DNA of 64,000 nt, taken from NCBI GenBank assembly GCA_044337135.1, contig JBIIOC010000001.1, positions 14,416 to 78,415 on the forward strand, written 5' to 3'. Made by a program: the position numbers and the translations under genes. Below are positions 55,611 to 64,000 of the stretch, piece after piece. Origin of the DNA: Phycisphaerales bacterium (GTDB lineage: Bacteria > Planctomycetota > Phycisphaerae > Phycisphaerales > SM1A02). The notes beneath the pieces are model-generated. The model saw only the letters and a list, made by a program, of their open reading frames with translations, ran no database searches and had not been told where the DNA came from. Numbering within the stretch: position 1 is the stretch's first letter; every line of letters begins with the position of its first letter.

Positions 55611-56210
55611 TCAACCGCGCAGCAGCGCGCGAAGCCACGCTGAAAGTCCGGTCCATGCGGAAGGGCGGCGCGCCGGCGCGGCCCGAACGCGCGACTTCGG
55701 TGGCCGCCGACGGATGGGAACGAGTTGCGCGTGAATGTCGGGAGCCAGGCGCCGCACGAACTCGATCTCGCTCGCGGTGGTCTCGACCTCGCTGTAGCGG
55801 CGCTTGGGCGTGCCGCACATGCCATGCTGCACCGCGTGCGTGAGTTCGTGCACCAGCGCGATCATGGCGTGCAGCGCCGCGGGAACCACGATCCCTTCCG
55901 CAGGCGTGACGAGCGCCGCACGCACCCGGCGATAGGTGTGCCAGCGAACCGCCGATCCCCGGGCGACGCTCACCAGGATGTGCGGTCCGGTGAATCCATG
56001 GACCCCCCGCAGGTAGAAGCGGCTCGCACCCCGACGACGGCGCCAGCGGATGGGGACAGCCTCCAGGGCACGACGCTGCTCGGCGTCGAGGGACTCCCGC
56101 TCGCACACGAAATCGATCGCCTCGCGCACGATTCGTCGCTTGAGCGCGGGCCCGAGCCGTCCGGAACCTCTAGCGACGGTAGTGCTCAAGAGACACGCCC
56201 ACTTCGCCAA
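55611..56210 (-). CDS. Putative zinc metallopeptidase (HExxH; SprT/DUF45-like)
   Basis: IALVHELTHAVQHG. The listed start is TTG 56210, overlapping the deaminase 3' end by 41 nt. GTG 56129 is an alternative start. Confidence 0.6.
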   Translation of the reverse strand: MAKWACLLSTTVARGSGRLGPALKRRIVREAIDFVCERESLDAEQRRALEAVPIRWRRRRGASRFYLRGVHGFTGPHILVSVARGSAVRWHTYRRVRAALVTPAEGIVVPAALHAMIALVHELTHAVQHGMCGTPKRRYSEVETTASEIEFVRRLAPDIHAQLVPIRRRPPKSRVRAAPARRPSAWTGLSAWLRALLRG

Positions 56211-56631
56211 GCACCAGCCGCGACTTCTCGATGCTCTCGTTCCAGTGCGCGTCGGATCCGCCGAGATCAGGTTCCCAGGTCACCACGCGCGTGATGCCCG
56301 ACTGGGCGACAGCCAAGGAGCACTGCACGCACGGCGCGAAGCTCGTGTACATGGTGCATGCGGTCGCGCTGACGCCATTTCGCCCGCACTGGATGATGGC
56401 GTTCAGCTCGGCGTGCACGACCAGGTCGTACTTGACCGGCCGCTGCAGGCGCTCGGGCAGGTCGGCGAACCCGCGAGGCAATCCATTGAAGCCCGTCGCG
56501 ACGATCTGCCGGGCCGGCGACACGATCACGGCTCCAACCCCCCGGCTCGGATCCTTGCTCCACGTGGCGATCTGGTCCGCCAGTTGCAGGAACCGGCGAT
56601 CCCACCTTTCGGACACCTGCGAAGCCGTCAC
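56170..56631 (-). CDS. dCMP (deoxycytidylate) deaminase, ComEB-like
   Basis: VHAELNAI (HAE) and SFAPCVQCS (PCxxC) zinc motifs in 153 aa. GTG at 56629-56631 overlaps the kinase TGA. Confidence 0.85.
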   Translation of the reverse strand: MTASQVSERWDRRFLQLADQIATWSKDPSRGVGAVIVSPARQIVATGFNGLPRGFADLPERLQRPVKYDLVVHAELNAIIQCGRNGVSATACTMYTSFAPCVQCSLAVAQSGITRVVTWEPDLGGSDAHWNESIEKSRLVLGEVGVSLEHYRR

Positions 56632-57572
56632 GTGCCTTCCCGAGGGCCGTTCTCTGGCAACTCCCAGCCGGAGCCGCCGACGGTTCCCAGAGATTCAAGG
56701 CACTGGATCACCTGTGACATGCTCGGACGATCCTCGACGGGCAGCCGCACGCAATCGAGGATCAGATCACCGAGCGACTGCGGAATCGCCGCGTTGCGCC
56801 GCGATGGATGCTCGGGCGGCTTGATGCGCTCGATGTCCACGGTCGTCACGGTGCCGTCGCCCGCCGGTGGAACCGCGGTCGGGATCACCGAGCCCATGAG
56901 CACCCAGTGCATCGTCGCGCCCAGGTTGTACACATCGGTGGCCGCCGTGATCTCGTCGCGACGCGCCTGCTCGGGCGCGATGTAGCCCGGCGTGCCCTGG
57001 ATGCGTGACTTCTTGGTGTTGATCGCGCAGGCCTGTCCAAGATCGATGATCTTGACGTGCCCGGTCTCGTCGACCATCGCGTTGATCGGCTTCATGTCCG
57101 CATGCACGAAGCCCTTCTCGTGCATGTGCTGCAGTCCGCGCGCGATCTGCCGGAACTGGTCCACGGCCTGCGTCAGCGTCTGCGGGCGACGGACATCCAT
57201 CGGATCCGCGTCGACGAGTTCGAGCAGGAGCCCCACCTCGACCGTCGTGAAGAGCTTGCGCTGCCGGAACAGCTTTCCGATGCCCCGCACGTTCGGGTGG
57301 CTCAACTTGCTGCCGATCGCGTGCTCCTGCTCCACCTGCTCGATGAAGCGCGCATCCTTGTCGTTCTTCCGGACGACATGCTTGAGCGCCCAGACCTGCT
57401 TGGTCTTCGCGTCCTGGACGGCGTACAGCTCGCTTGCCGCACCCGATCCGAGCTTCGCGACCACTCGGTGACCGAAGAGTTCCTGGGGAAGAGTGGAGAG
57501 CATGGGACCGCTTTCAGACCATCCGACTCGAGTCGGACCTTGCAGGAACCGCTCCTGCTCGCCTGCGTTCAT
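56628..57572 (-). CDS. Hanks-type Ser/Thr protein kinase, kinase domain only, non-RD
   Basis: KLGSGAASELY, WALKHV, FVHADMKPINAMV (HAD in place of HRD), IIDLGQAC and GTPGYIAPEQ. Start 57572 or 57503. Confidence 0.85.
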   Translation of the reverse strand: MNAGEQERFLQGPTRVGWSESGPMLSTLPQELFGHRVVAKLGSGAASELYAVQDAKTKQVWALKHVVRKNDKDARFIEQVEQEHAIGSKLSHPNVRGIGKLFRQRKLFTTVEVGLLLELVDADPMDVRRPQTLTQAVDQFRQIARGLQHMHEKGFVHADMKPINAMVDETGHVKIIDLGQACAINTKKSRIQGTPGYIAPEQARRDEITAATDVYNLGATMHWVLMGSVIPTAVPPAGDGTVTTVDIERIKPPEHPSRRNAAIPQSLGDLILDCVRLPVEDRPSMSQVIQCLESLGTVGGSGWELPENGPREGT

Positions 57573-57672
57573 CGCGCGAAACCCCGTGAAACCTGCTTCG
57601 GGACGCGTTCCTTGGATGAAGGCGATCGGTCAGTTTATCGACGACCCGACAGCCCCGCAACGCGATTCCCGC

Positions 57673-58386
57673 TCAGGGATTGCGATCTCGGACGATCGAA
57701 TCCTCGAAAGAGGAGACCGGGAAGAACCGACCGGGGCTCGTGGTTCCCGCCACATCGCTGTGAAGGAAGACCCGGTCCGCAGGAATGTCCAGCGCGGACT
57801 GGATTCGGCGCACCAAGGCCCCCAATTCATGCATCTGCCGGTCCGTGAACGGCCGGCGATCGCCGTTGCCGATCAGGCAGATCGCGATCGCATGGCGATT
57901 GAGTTCATCAGCCGAAGCCACCCTTGAGGAGGCCCGGGCAAGGTTGGATGCTTGCGCAGCGGACGCCTGCACGTGAGCACCGGGCTGCTGGCGGTGCCAG
58001 CGGGAACCGGCCTCCACATAGCCATCTGGCAGGCCCTGCCCGTTGCCGACGATGAAGTGATAGCCCAGACCATCCAGCCCCGCCGCGGCATGCATGCGTG
58101 CAATGCTGCCCGCATCGCCGGCCGGCGTGGCGGAATGGTGGATCACGATCGAATTCCAGCGCGCTCGATCGAGGGCCGCCTCGCGCGGCAGGATTCCTTC
58201 GTTCGATGCGTCCATGGACGCAACGCCCATTGCGGGAACCGCCCGGGGGCCTTCGGCATCACCAAGGACAAGCACGCCACAGGCGAGCGCCATGGCCGCG
58301 CCAAAGGCTCCCCAGACCAGGCGCGTCCGCCGCGAGATTCGCGCGGCATGAAGCGCAGGTCGAAGGATTGGCAGGGCGCGGCTCAT
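57673..58386 (-). CDS. N-acetylmuramoyl-L-alanine amidase (Amidase_2/PGRP-type), membrane anchored
   Basis: WNSIVIHHSATP, GYHFIVGNG and AIAICLIGNG motifs. Start at the internal ATG 58386 with TM segment VWGAFGAAMALACGVLVL. Confidence 0.85.
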   Translation of the reverse strand: MSRALPILRPALHAARISRRTRLVWGAFGAAMALACGVLVLGDAEGPRAVPAMGVASMDASNEGILPREAALDRARWNSIVIHHSATPAGDAGSIARMHAAAGLDGLGYHFIVGNGQGLPDGYVEAGSRWHRQQPGAHVQASAAQASNLARASSRVASADELNRHAIAICLIGNGDRRPFTDRQMHELGALVRRIQSALDIPADRVFLHSDVAGTTSPGRFFPVSSFEDSIVRDRNP

Positions 58387-58451
58387 GGGTGTGCAGGTTG
58401 CGTGACTATCGGATCGCTGCCGGTCGGATCTTCGGGGAAAACGCAATTTGC

Positions 58452-58697
58452 TCAGTTGGTCGGAGCGAGCCGCGCGCGAAGCGCTGGCCTCGGATTGCCG
58501 AACACGTCGGGCTCCTGAAGCGGCGTGAAACGGTCGCGAAGCGTGTCCGCTCGCTGGTACTGCGTTCGAGGCTCGCTGGCCGGAAACAGAACCTTCTGGC
58601 AACCCGCCGCAACCAGCGGTGCCGAGATCACGGCCACACACCACAACTTGTGGTGTCGCGCGCGAGCGCTTGCTTTCTCCAGACCAGACCGTGTCAT
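58452..58697 (-). CDS. Possible small lipoprotein (81 aa)
   Basis: Internal ATG 58697 and lipobox PLVAAGC. The frame is coding-like but short. Confidence 0.4.
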   Translation of the reverse strand: MTRSGLEKASARARHHKLWCVAVISAPLVAAGCQKVLFPASEPRTQYQRADTLRDRFTPLQEPDVFGNPRPALRARLAPTN

Positions 58698-58739
58698 GGG
58701 GGCCCATGATACGAGTGCCCAGGCCAGTTCCATCGTGTT

Positions 58740-59432
58740 TCAGCCGTCCCGAGAGCGGGTTCCTGGACCCGGCTTCATGGTTGTTTCAAAGGCAAGTCGT
58801 TCCAGCGTCTCGGTGAAGTCCACCGCCACGACGGCGACGGACGGTGGCAGCCGCAGGGGCCGGGGCGCGAAGTTCAGGACTCCCCGAACCCCGGCCTGGA
58901 CAAGCATTTCCGCGACCGCCTGGGCCTCGGATGGGGGAACAGCCACGATGCCGAACTCCGCCCCCGAGCGGCGCACAACGTCCGAAACAGCGGACATCGG
59001 CTGCACGGTGTGGCCTGCGAGCTTGCGCCCCACGACCGCCGGTGCCCGGTCGAGAACCGCGACCAGATCGAATCCCTCCTGCGCAAATCGCGGGTAGGCC
59101 AGAAGCGCGCGCCCGATGTTGCCCGCCCCGACGAGCACGACCTTCCAGGTCCGATGCAGACCCATGCAACGGCGCAGGTCCTTCAGCAGTTCGGGAACGG
59201 CATATCCGACACCCGGCTGGCCGTTGGCGCCGATGCTCGCGAGGTCCTTTCGAACCTGCGCATCGGCGACCCCGGAAGCCTCACCAAGTTCACGGCTGTT
59301 GATGTGGGCCCGCTCGGTCTCGCCCCGGGCCTGAAGGGCCCGCATGTACAGGCTCAACCGCCGTGCCGTCGGTTTGGGAATCCGGTTGGGTTGGGGTGTT
59401 CGTGGCGCGATCCGTAGACTGTAACGATGCAC
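58740..59432 (-). CDS. rex: Redox-sensing transcriptional repressor Rex
   Basis: IPKPTARRLSLYMRAL winged-helix N-terminus and VVLVGAGNIGRALL Rossmann motif. The only in-frame canonical start near the N-terminus is GTG 59430-59432. Confidence 0.85.
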   Translation of the reverse strand: MHRYSLRIAPRTPQPNRIPKPTARRLSLYMRALQARGETERAHINSRELGEASGVADAQVRKDLASIGANGQPGVGYAVPELLKDLRRCMGLHRTWKVVLVGAGNIGRALLAYPRFAQEGFDLVAVLDRAPAVVGRKLAGHTVQPMSAVSDVVRRSGAEFGIVAVPPSEAQAVAEMLVQAGVRGVLNFAPRPLRLPPSVAVVAVDFTETLERLAFETTMKPGPGTRSRDG

Positions 59433-60332
59433 ATCGCGGACATCCTGTCCGGTGGCGCCAAGACCGCCAGCTTCGAGTTCTTCCCGCCCGTGAAGGAGAC
59501 GGGATGGGACACCCTCTTCGATTCCATCCGGGAACTCGAGCAACTTGCTCCCAGTTTCGTGAGTGTCACCTATGGAGCCGGAGGCTCCACCCGCCAGCGG
59601 ACGAACGAGATGGTGCTGCGACTGCGGGCACAGACCTCGCTGGATCCGGTTCCCCACCTGACCTGCGTGGGTCACTCCAGGGCCGAGGTGCAGGAGATCC
59701 TCGAGCGATACGCGGCTGCGGGCGTCTCGAACATCCTGGCCCTGCGTGGGGATCCGCCCAAGGGCGGCGCCCCCAGGACCGGCGACTTCCCCCATGCGGC
59801 CGATCTGGTCCGTTTCATCCGCGACTTCAACGCGAGTGGCCGACATCCGGATCCGCGCGGCTTCGGCATCGGCGTGGCGGGCTTTCCCGAAGGCCATCCG
59901 GAAACCCCCAACACACTTCGCCTGATGGATCACCTGAAGGCCAAGGTCGAAGCGGGCGCCGACTGGATCTGCACCCAGCTGTTCTTCGACAACCGCGCTT
60001 TCCTTGACTGGTCGGAGCGTTGCGATCTGGCTGGCATCCGCGTGCCGATCCTTGCGGGCGTCATGCCGGTGCTCAGCACGGCGAATCTCGAACGCATGGC
60101 CGAACTGGCGGCCTGCACGCACATCCCGGCCAAGCTCATGCGCGCGCTCCAGCGCTGCGGAAGCGACGCCGAGAGCGTCGAGCGCGTCGGAATCCACTGG
60201 GCCACGCAGCAGTGCCTGGAACTGCTTGACCACGGCGTGCGGGGCATCCACTTCTACACCCTGAACCGCAGCGCGGCCACGCGCGAGATCTTCCGCAACC
60301 TGGGCCTGAAGACGGCCGCTTCGCTTCGCTAG
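59427..60332 (+). CDS. metF: 5,10-methylenetetrahydrofolate reductase
   Basis: SFEFFPP, SVTYGAGGSTR, and LRGDPP motifs. Confidence 0.92.
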   Translation: MHIADILSGGAKTASFEFFPPVKETGWDTLFDSIRELEQLAPSFVSVTYGAGGSTRQRTNEMVLRLRAQTSLDPVPHLTCVGHSRAEVQEILERYAAAGVSNILALRGDPPKGGAPRTGDFPHAADLVRFIRDFNASGRHPDPRGFGIGVAGFPEGHPETPNTLRLMDHLKAKVEAGADWICTQLFFDNRAFLDWSERCDLAGIRVPILAGVMPVLSTANLERMAELAACTHIPAKLMRALQRCGSDAESVERVGIHWATQQCLELLDHGVRGIHFYTLNRSAATREIFRNLGLKTAASLR

Positions 60333-62008
60333 GGCGCCGTGCGGGGTTCGGTGGCCTCGGTCGCCGGCTTCGCGTCGGGTGCCAGCCACAGCCGCTCGAG
60401 CAGTTGCCGAAGCGTGTCGTTCTCCGGCGTGCCCTTCACGGCCGCAAGGCCGGTCCGCATCGCGTCCGCATCGGCGACAAGGTGGCCCAGATAGGCCAGC
60501 AGCAGGCCGTCATCGACGGGTCGCTGCCCGCTCGCAAGCCGCTCCCTGACGGTCGCGATGGCGCGGTCGATCCGATCCCGCGGCGGCAGCGCCTGCTCGC
60601 CGTACTGGACATCCATCATTTCGGGATGCCGGGCCAGCAGCGACCGAAGGGTGATGGCGGCGGAGCCCGCAAGATTGGCCGAGATCTGGCAGTGAAGCAG
60701 TCCCGCAAGCACCCGCGGGTCGTTCGGCTTCATGAGCAGTGCCACCTCGAATCGCTTCTCGGCGACGAAACTGTTGCCCTCGTGCATCGCCCGCTGTCCC
60801 TGGGCAAGCAGCTCGTTGATGCGGTCATTGCCTCCGTCTCCAAAGGAGTCCACGCGCTGCCCGTGCTTCAGCAGCAGCGCGTAGTCGTCCAGCGAGAACT
60901 TGGCACCGGACAGGTCGACCTGACCTGACTTGGCATCCGCGCCAACCTTGACCTGAACACCGTCCTTGATCTGCGGACCCGGCTCCGGCTCCGACGGCGT
61001 CTCGGCGCCAAGATCCTTCCTCAGCCGCTCATAGGCGACACCCATCTCGACCTGGGCTTGCGCAGCGGCGTCGGCCTCGGACTGTTCCGGACGCTCGGCA
61101 CGCTTGCGCCAGTTCTCCTCGATTTCCCGCACGATCCGGTCGTATTGCGTGGCCGAAGTGTCCGCCGGACGGGATGAGGCATCGCCGCGCGAAGGCTTCG
61201 GCATGTCCCGGACCGACGATGTCGTCACGGCGTCGGTTGGAGCCTGCGTCACGAAGGGGTTCGACGAGCGCGCGCGCACGGCGTCCATGCGCAGCATGCC
61301 GCTTCGCAGATCCTCGCGCAGGCGCGCGGCCTCGTACAGGCTCAGGCGCTCGCCCGTGATGTTGTCGCGGTCACGTTCCTTCTTGATGCCGCGCACTTCG
61401 CTCACGGAAAGCACGCCCTGATCGGCCTCTTCGCGCCCCTGATAGCGGGCCATCGGGGTGCTCTCGCCCTCCATGCCACGCAGCTCGCTGCTGGAGAGCC
61501 GCGTGCTGAGACGATCCAGCCGCTGACGGCTCGATTCCTGCGACGAGACGCTCGCGCCCGCACCCGTTCCGCCGGGTCCCACGAAGTCGCGGCGGTACTC
61601 GAGCGACGAGACCGAATCGCGACCGATGGAAAAGCTGGCGCCGGCCCCCACGGATCCGGTCGCGAGCGCGGGATTGCTCAGCGCGCTGTTGCGCCGGAAG
61701 TCCATGTTGGTGTCACCGCCGGTCGCGCCCCGGAAGTCCCCCTCCGCGGTGTAGCCCACGCTGCCTCGAAAGCCGCGCCCGGCGGCAACGTCGCCCGTCA
61801 CGACCAGGTTGCGGGATCGGAAGTCCTCCTGCTTGGCGGCTGCATTGGCCTTGCTGCCGACCTGCAGGCCGGCATCCAGGGCGCCCTGCGAAAACGCCGC
61901 GGAAGGGATCGCGACGCCCGCGAGGCACGGGAGAAGCACCGCCATGCGAATCGATCGAGGCCGCATCGCCAACATGCTAGCCGCCACCCGTAGGATCCAG
62001 TCCTTCAT
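60329..62008 (-). CDS. Secreted hypothetical protein with a C-terminal TPR-like region
   Basis: Coding-like frame and signal peptide MAVLLPCLAGVAIPSAAFSQ. The start is ambiguous (62008, 61975, 61966 or 61945). Confidence 0.65.
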   Translation of the reverse strand: MKDWILRVAASMLAMRPRSIRMAVLLPCLAGVAIPSAAFSQGALDAGLQVGSKANAAAKQEDFRSRNLVVTGDVAAGRGFRGSVGYTAEGDFRGATGGDTNMDFRRNSALSNPALATGSVGAGASFSIGRDSVSSLEYRRDFVGPGGTGAGASVSSQESSRQRLDRLSTRLSSSELRGMEGESTPMARYQGREEADQGVLSVSEVRGIKKERDRDNITGERLSLYEAARLREDLRSGMLRMDAVRARSSNPFVTQAPTDAVTTSSVRDMPKPSRGDASSRPADTSATQYDRIVREIEENWRKRAERPEQSEADAAAQAQVEMGVAYERLRKDLGAETPSEPEPGPQIKDGVQVKVGADAKSGQVDLSGAKFSLDDYALLLKHGQRVDSFGDGGNDRINELLAQGQRAMHEGNSFVAEKRFEVALLMKPNDPRVLAGLLHCQISANLAGSAAITLRSLLARHPEMMDVQYGEQALPPRDRIDRAIATVRERLASGQRPVDDGLLLAYLGHLVADADAMRTGLAAVKGTPENDTLRQLLERLWLAPDAKPATEATEPRTAP

Positions 62009-62660
62009 GGATTCCAGACGCGCACTCGAGGGTCCGGACAGGACCTTCCATCCACGCCAGTCGCCAGCGGCGCTCGTGCTGGCACTCGTCATGGTGGCGG
62101 GCGCGGTCGCGTTCGGCATCTTCGGGCGCTCGATCGCCGGACGCCTGAGCATGGGTGGAGGAACGCCCCTGGCCGACTTCGTGAGCCTGGTGGGAGACAT
62201 GCGCGGCAGCGCCATCCTCGCCTGCCTGCAGAAGCAGGAGGAGCCGGCCCTTCACCTGGAAGAGGCTCGTGGCATCGTGCAACGGACCCTGCGACGCGGG
62301 GCACAGATTCCCGATCCGGGGCCGGATGGATTTGAACTCCGGCAGGTCGTGGACATCCCGATGGCACAGGCGCAGGTCGGCGCGATCGCGTGCGCGACCT
62401 ATCAGGGCACCGGGGCATCGGAGGGCCGCTGGATCCACCTGTTCATGGCACGCGACGATGGCCAGTACCTCAGCTTCGATTCGCTGGGCCAACCGCGGCC
62501 GCTGGCTCCAGGACTTCCGATCGAGGGTGAACTGCCGGGGCGCAGCCCGTCGGATCCCGCGGTCGTGATCGTCTGGAGCGACGGCCCCGTGCTGCATGCG
62601 GCCTGCTTCGAGGATGAGGCCGACGCGGAACGGTTCCGAGACGCGATGGGGGTTCCATGA
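62007..62660 (+). CDS. Hypothetical single-pass membrane protein
   Basis: Start at the internal ATG 62007, TM segment ALVLALVMVAGAVAFGIF and good GC3. Confidence 0.55.
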   Translation: MDSRRALEGPDRTFHPRQSPAALVLALVMVAGAVAFGIFGRSIAGRLSMGGGTPLADFVSLVGDMRGSAILACLQKQEEPALHLEEARGIVQRTLRRGAQIPDPGPDGFELRQVVDIPMAQAQVGAIACATYQGTGASEGRWIHLFMARDDGQYLSFDSLGQPRPLAPGLPIEGELPGRSPSDPAVVIVWSDGPVLHAACFEDEADAERFRDAMGVP

Positions 62661-62692
62661 CGGCGCGCGCCTTCTCCTAGACTCGCGCCTCC

Positions 62693-64000
62693 ATGACCGC
62701 CACGGCAAGCATCACGACGCCCATCTACTACGTGAACGACCGGCCGCACATCGGCCACGTCTTCACGACCACCCTCTGCGACACCTGGGCGCGGGCCATG
62801 CGGATGCGCGGCCATGACACGTTCTTCCTGACGGGCACCGACGAGCATGGCGTGAAGGTCGAGAAGAGCGCGGTCGCCAACGGCGTGAGCCCGCAGGCAT
62901 GGGCGGACAGGAATGCCGAGGCGTTCGAGGCGGTGCTGAGGCTCTTCCAGCAGACCAACGACGACTTCATCCGCACCACCCAGCCGCGGCATGAACGGCA
63001 GGTGCAGGCCTTCGTCGAGCGGCTGAAGTCCGCGGGCGTTCTCTACAAGGGCGCCTTCGAGGGCTGGTACGACGAGGGCGAGGAGAACTACCTCACCGAG
63101 ACGCGCGCCAAGGAGTGCGACTACAGGAGCCCGGTGAGCGGGCGTCCGCTCGTGCGCGCCAAGGAGGAGAACTGGTACTTCAGGCTGAGCGCGTTCGCGT
63201 CGAAGCTCGAGGCGATGTTCGCCGCGAATCCGGAGTTCGTGCGCCCCGCCGCGCGCCGCAACGAGGTGCTCGGGCGACTGCGAGAGGGACTGCAGGACGT
63301 CCCGATGACGCGCACGAACTTCTCGTGGGGCATTCCCATGCCGGGGGATCCGGGCCACGTGATCTACGTGTGGATCGACGCACTCTTCAACTACGTGACC
63401 GCGCTGGGTCTGGGCGATGGCAGCGTGAAGGAGCGCGCGAAGTACTGGCCCGCCGACTACCACGTGATCGGCAAGGAGATCCTCTGGTTCCATGCGGTGA
63501 TCTGGCCGGCCATGCTGATGGCGCTCGACCTGCCGCTGCCGAAGTGCGTGTACGCGCACAGCTTCTGGATCAGCGAGGGGCAGAAGATGTCGAAGAGCCT
63601 CGGCAACTTCATCGATCTCGCGGCGCTCGAGGGCTACGTGGGCAAGTACGGGCTCGATGCGCTGCGCTGGTTCATGCTCACGCGCGGGCCGCTTGAGGCG
63701 ACCGATGCGGACTTCCGCGCGCTCGCCTTCCACGAGACCTACGTGGCCGACCTCGTGAACACCGTCGGCAACTGCTCCAGCCGCGTGACGGCGATGATCG
63801 GCAAGACCTTCGACGGCGCCATGCCCGCCGATGCGCGCGGCGGCGACACGTGGCCCGCCATGTGCGCCAGCGTGGTGAAGCAGTGGGAAGGTCACATGGA
63901 CCGCTTCGAGCTCGGGCCCGCCGCGGCGGCTGCGATCGGACTGCTCCGCGAGGTGGACGGCTTCATCAACCGCACCGAGCCCTTCAAGCTGGCGAAGGAT
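62693..64000 (+). CDS. metG: Methionine--tRNA ligase (5' part; continues beyond the window)
   Basis: My own translation from ATG 62693 gives MTATASITTPIYYVNDRPHIGHVFTT...FFLTGTDEHG, with KMSKS near 63585. It is not in the ORF track because no stop is reached. Confidence 0.92.
   Translation, partial: MTATASITTPIYYVNDRPHIGHVFTTTLCDTWARAMRMRGHDTFFLTGTDEHGVKVEKSAVANGVSPQAWADRNAEAFEAVLRLFQQTNDDFIRTTQPRHERQVQAFVERLKSAGVLYKGAFEGWYDEGEENYLTETRAKECDYRSPVSGRPLVRAKEENWYFRLSAFASKLEAMFAANPEFVRPAARRNEVLGRLREGLQDVPMTRTNFSWGIPMPGDPGHVIYVWIDALFNYVTALGLGDGSVKERAKYWPADYHVIGKEILWFHAVIWPAMLMALDLPLPKCVYAHSFWISEGQKMSKSLGNFIDLAALEGYVGKYGLDALRWFMLTRGPLEATDADFRALAFHETYVADLVNTVGNCSSRVTAMIGKTFDGAMPADARGGDTWPAMCASVVKQWEGHMDRFELGPAAAAAIGLLREVDGFINRTEPFKLAKD

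Noticed and set aside
1-64000. CRISPR arrays, tandem DNA repeats, IS elements, prophage genes, rRNA
   Set aside because: I saw no regularly spaced repeats, terminal inverted repeats, or transposase, integrase, capsid or terminase-like ORFs on reading either strand. This was a visual scan only, so short or degenerate repeats could be missed.

Overview
This is a gene-dense, strongly GC-rich chromosomal segment with no plasmid or phage hallmarks. I call about 57 protein-coding genes, one tRNA-Ala(GGC) and one TPP riboswitch. I saw no rRNA, CRISPR array, transposase, integrase or long DNA repeat.

Most of the content is housekeeping: rsmH, pyrB, trxA, folP, aroC, an aroD/aroE fusion, phhA, pepP, thiC, a ribB-type gene, argS, metF, metG and rex. 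Envelope, secreted and lipoprotein genes are interspersed among them.

The one clearly accessory block is about 2.2-15.3 kb on the minus strand. It is an exosortase-type polysaccharide locus containing:
- a Wza-like exporter
- an exosortase
- an EpsI-like protein
- a 1589-aa TPR protein
- a Wzc-like co-polymerase with a degenerate P-loop
- an SDR epimerase
- a WecA-type priming transferase

This locus runs with gaps of 0-81 nt straight into the head of a division cluster (rsmH, a LysM protein, an FtsL-like protein). No mraZ is present, and no PEP-CTERM cargo gene occurs in the window.

Other items worth a second look:
- a 180-nt AT-rich synonymous-codon patch inside pyrB, just upstream of that locus
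- a calcineurin-like phosphatase homologue with all metal/catalytic motifs substituted, fused to TPRs
- a Hanks-type kinase translationally coupled to a dCMP deaminase and an HExxH protein
- a RibB fused to a cysteine-less GTP cyclohydrolase II domain, heading a chain of four genes joined by 4-nt overlaps
- an FHA-GAF-HD-GYP protein
- dockerin/EF-hand-like modules in two unrelated secreted proteins
- divergent and convergent genes that share start or stop nucleotides

A Planctomycetota (Phycisphaerae-like) origin is plausible from the protein repertoire, but that is inference only. I did not find a compelling wholly new multi-gene system; the candidates above are hypotheses.

Most long ORFs in the six-frame track are high-GC shadow ORFs, and many real genes start well inside the listed ORF. 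Stops are reliable. Starts are my best reading.
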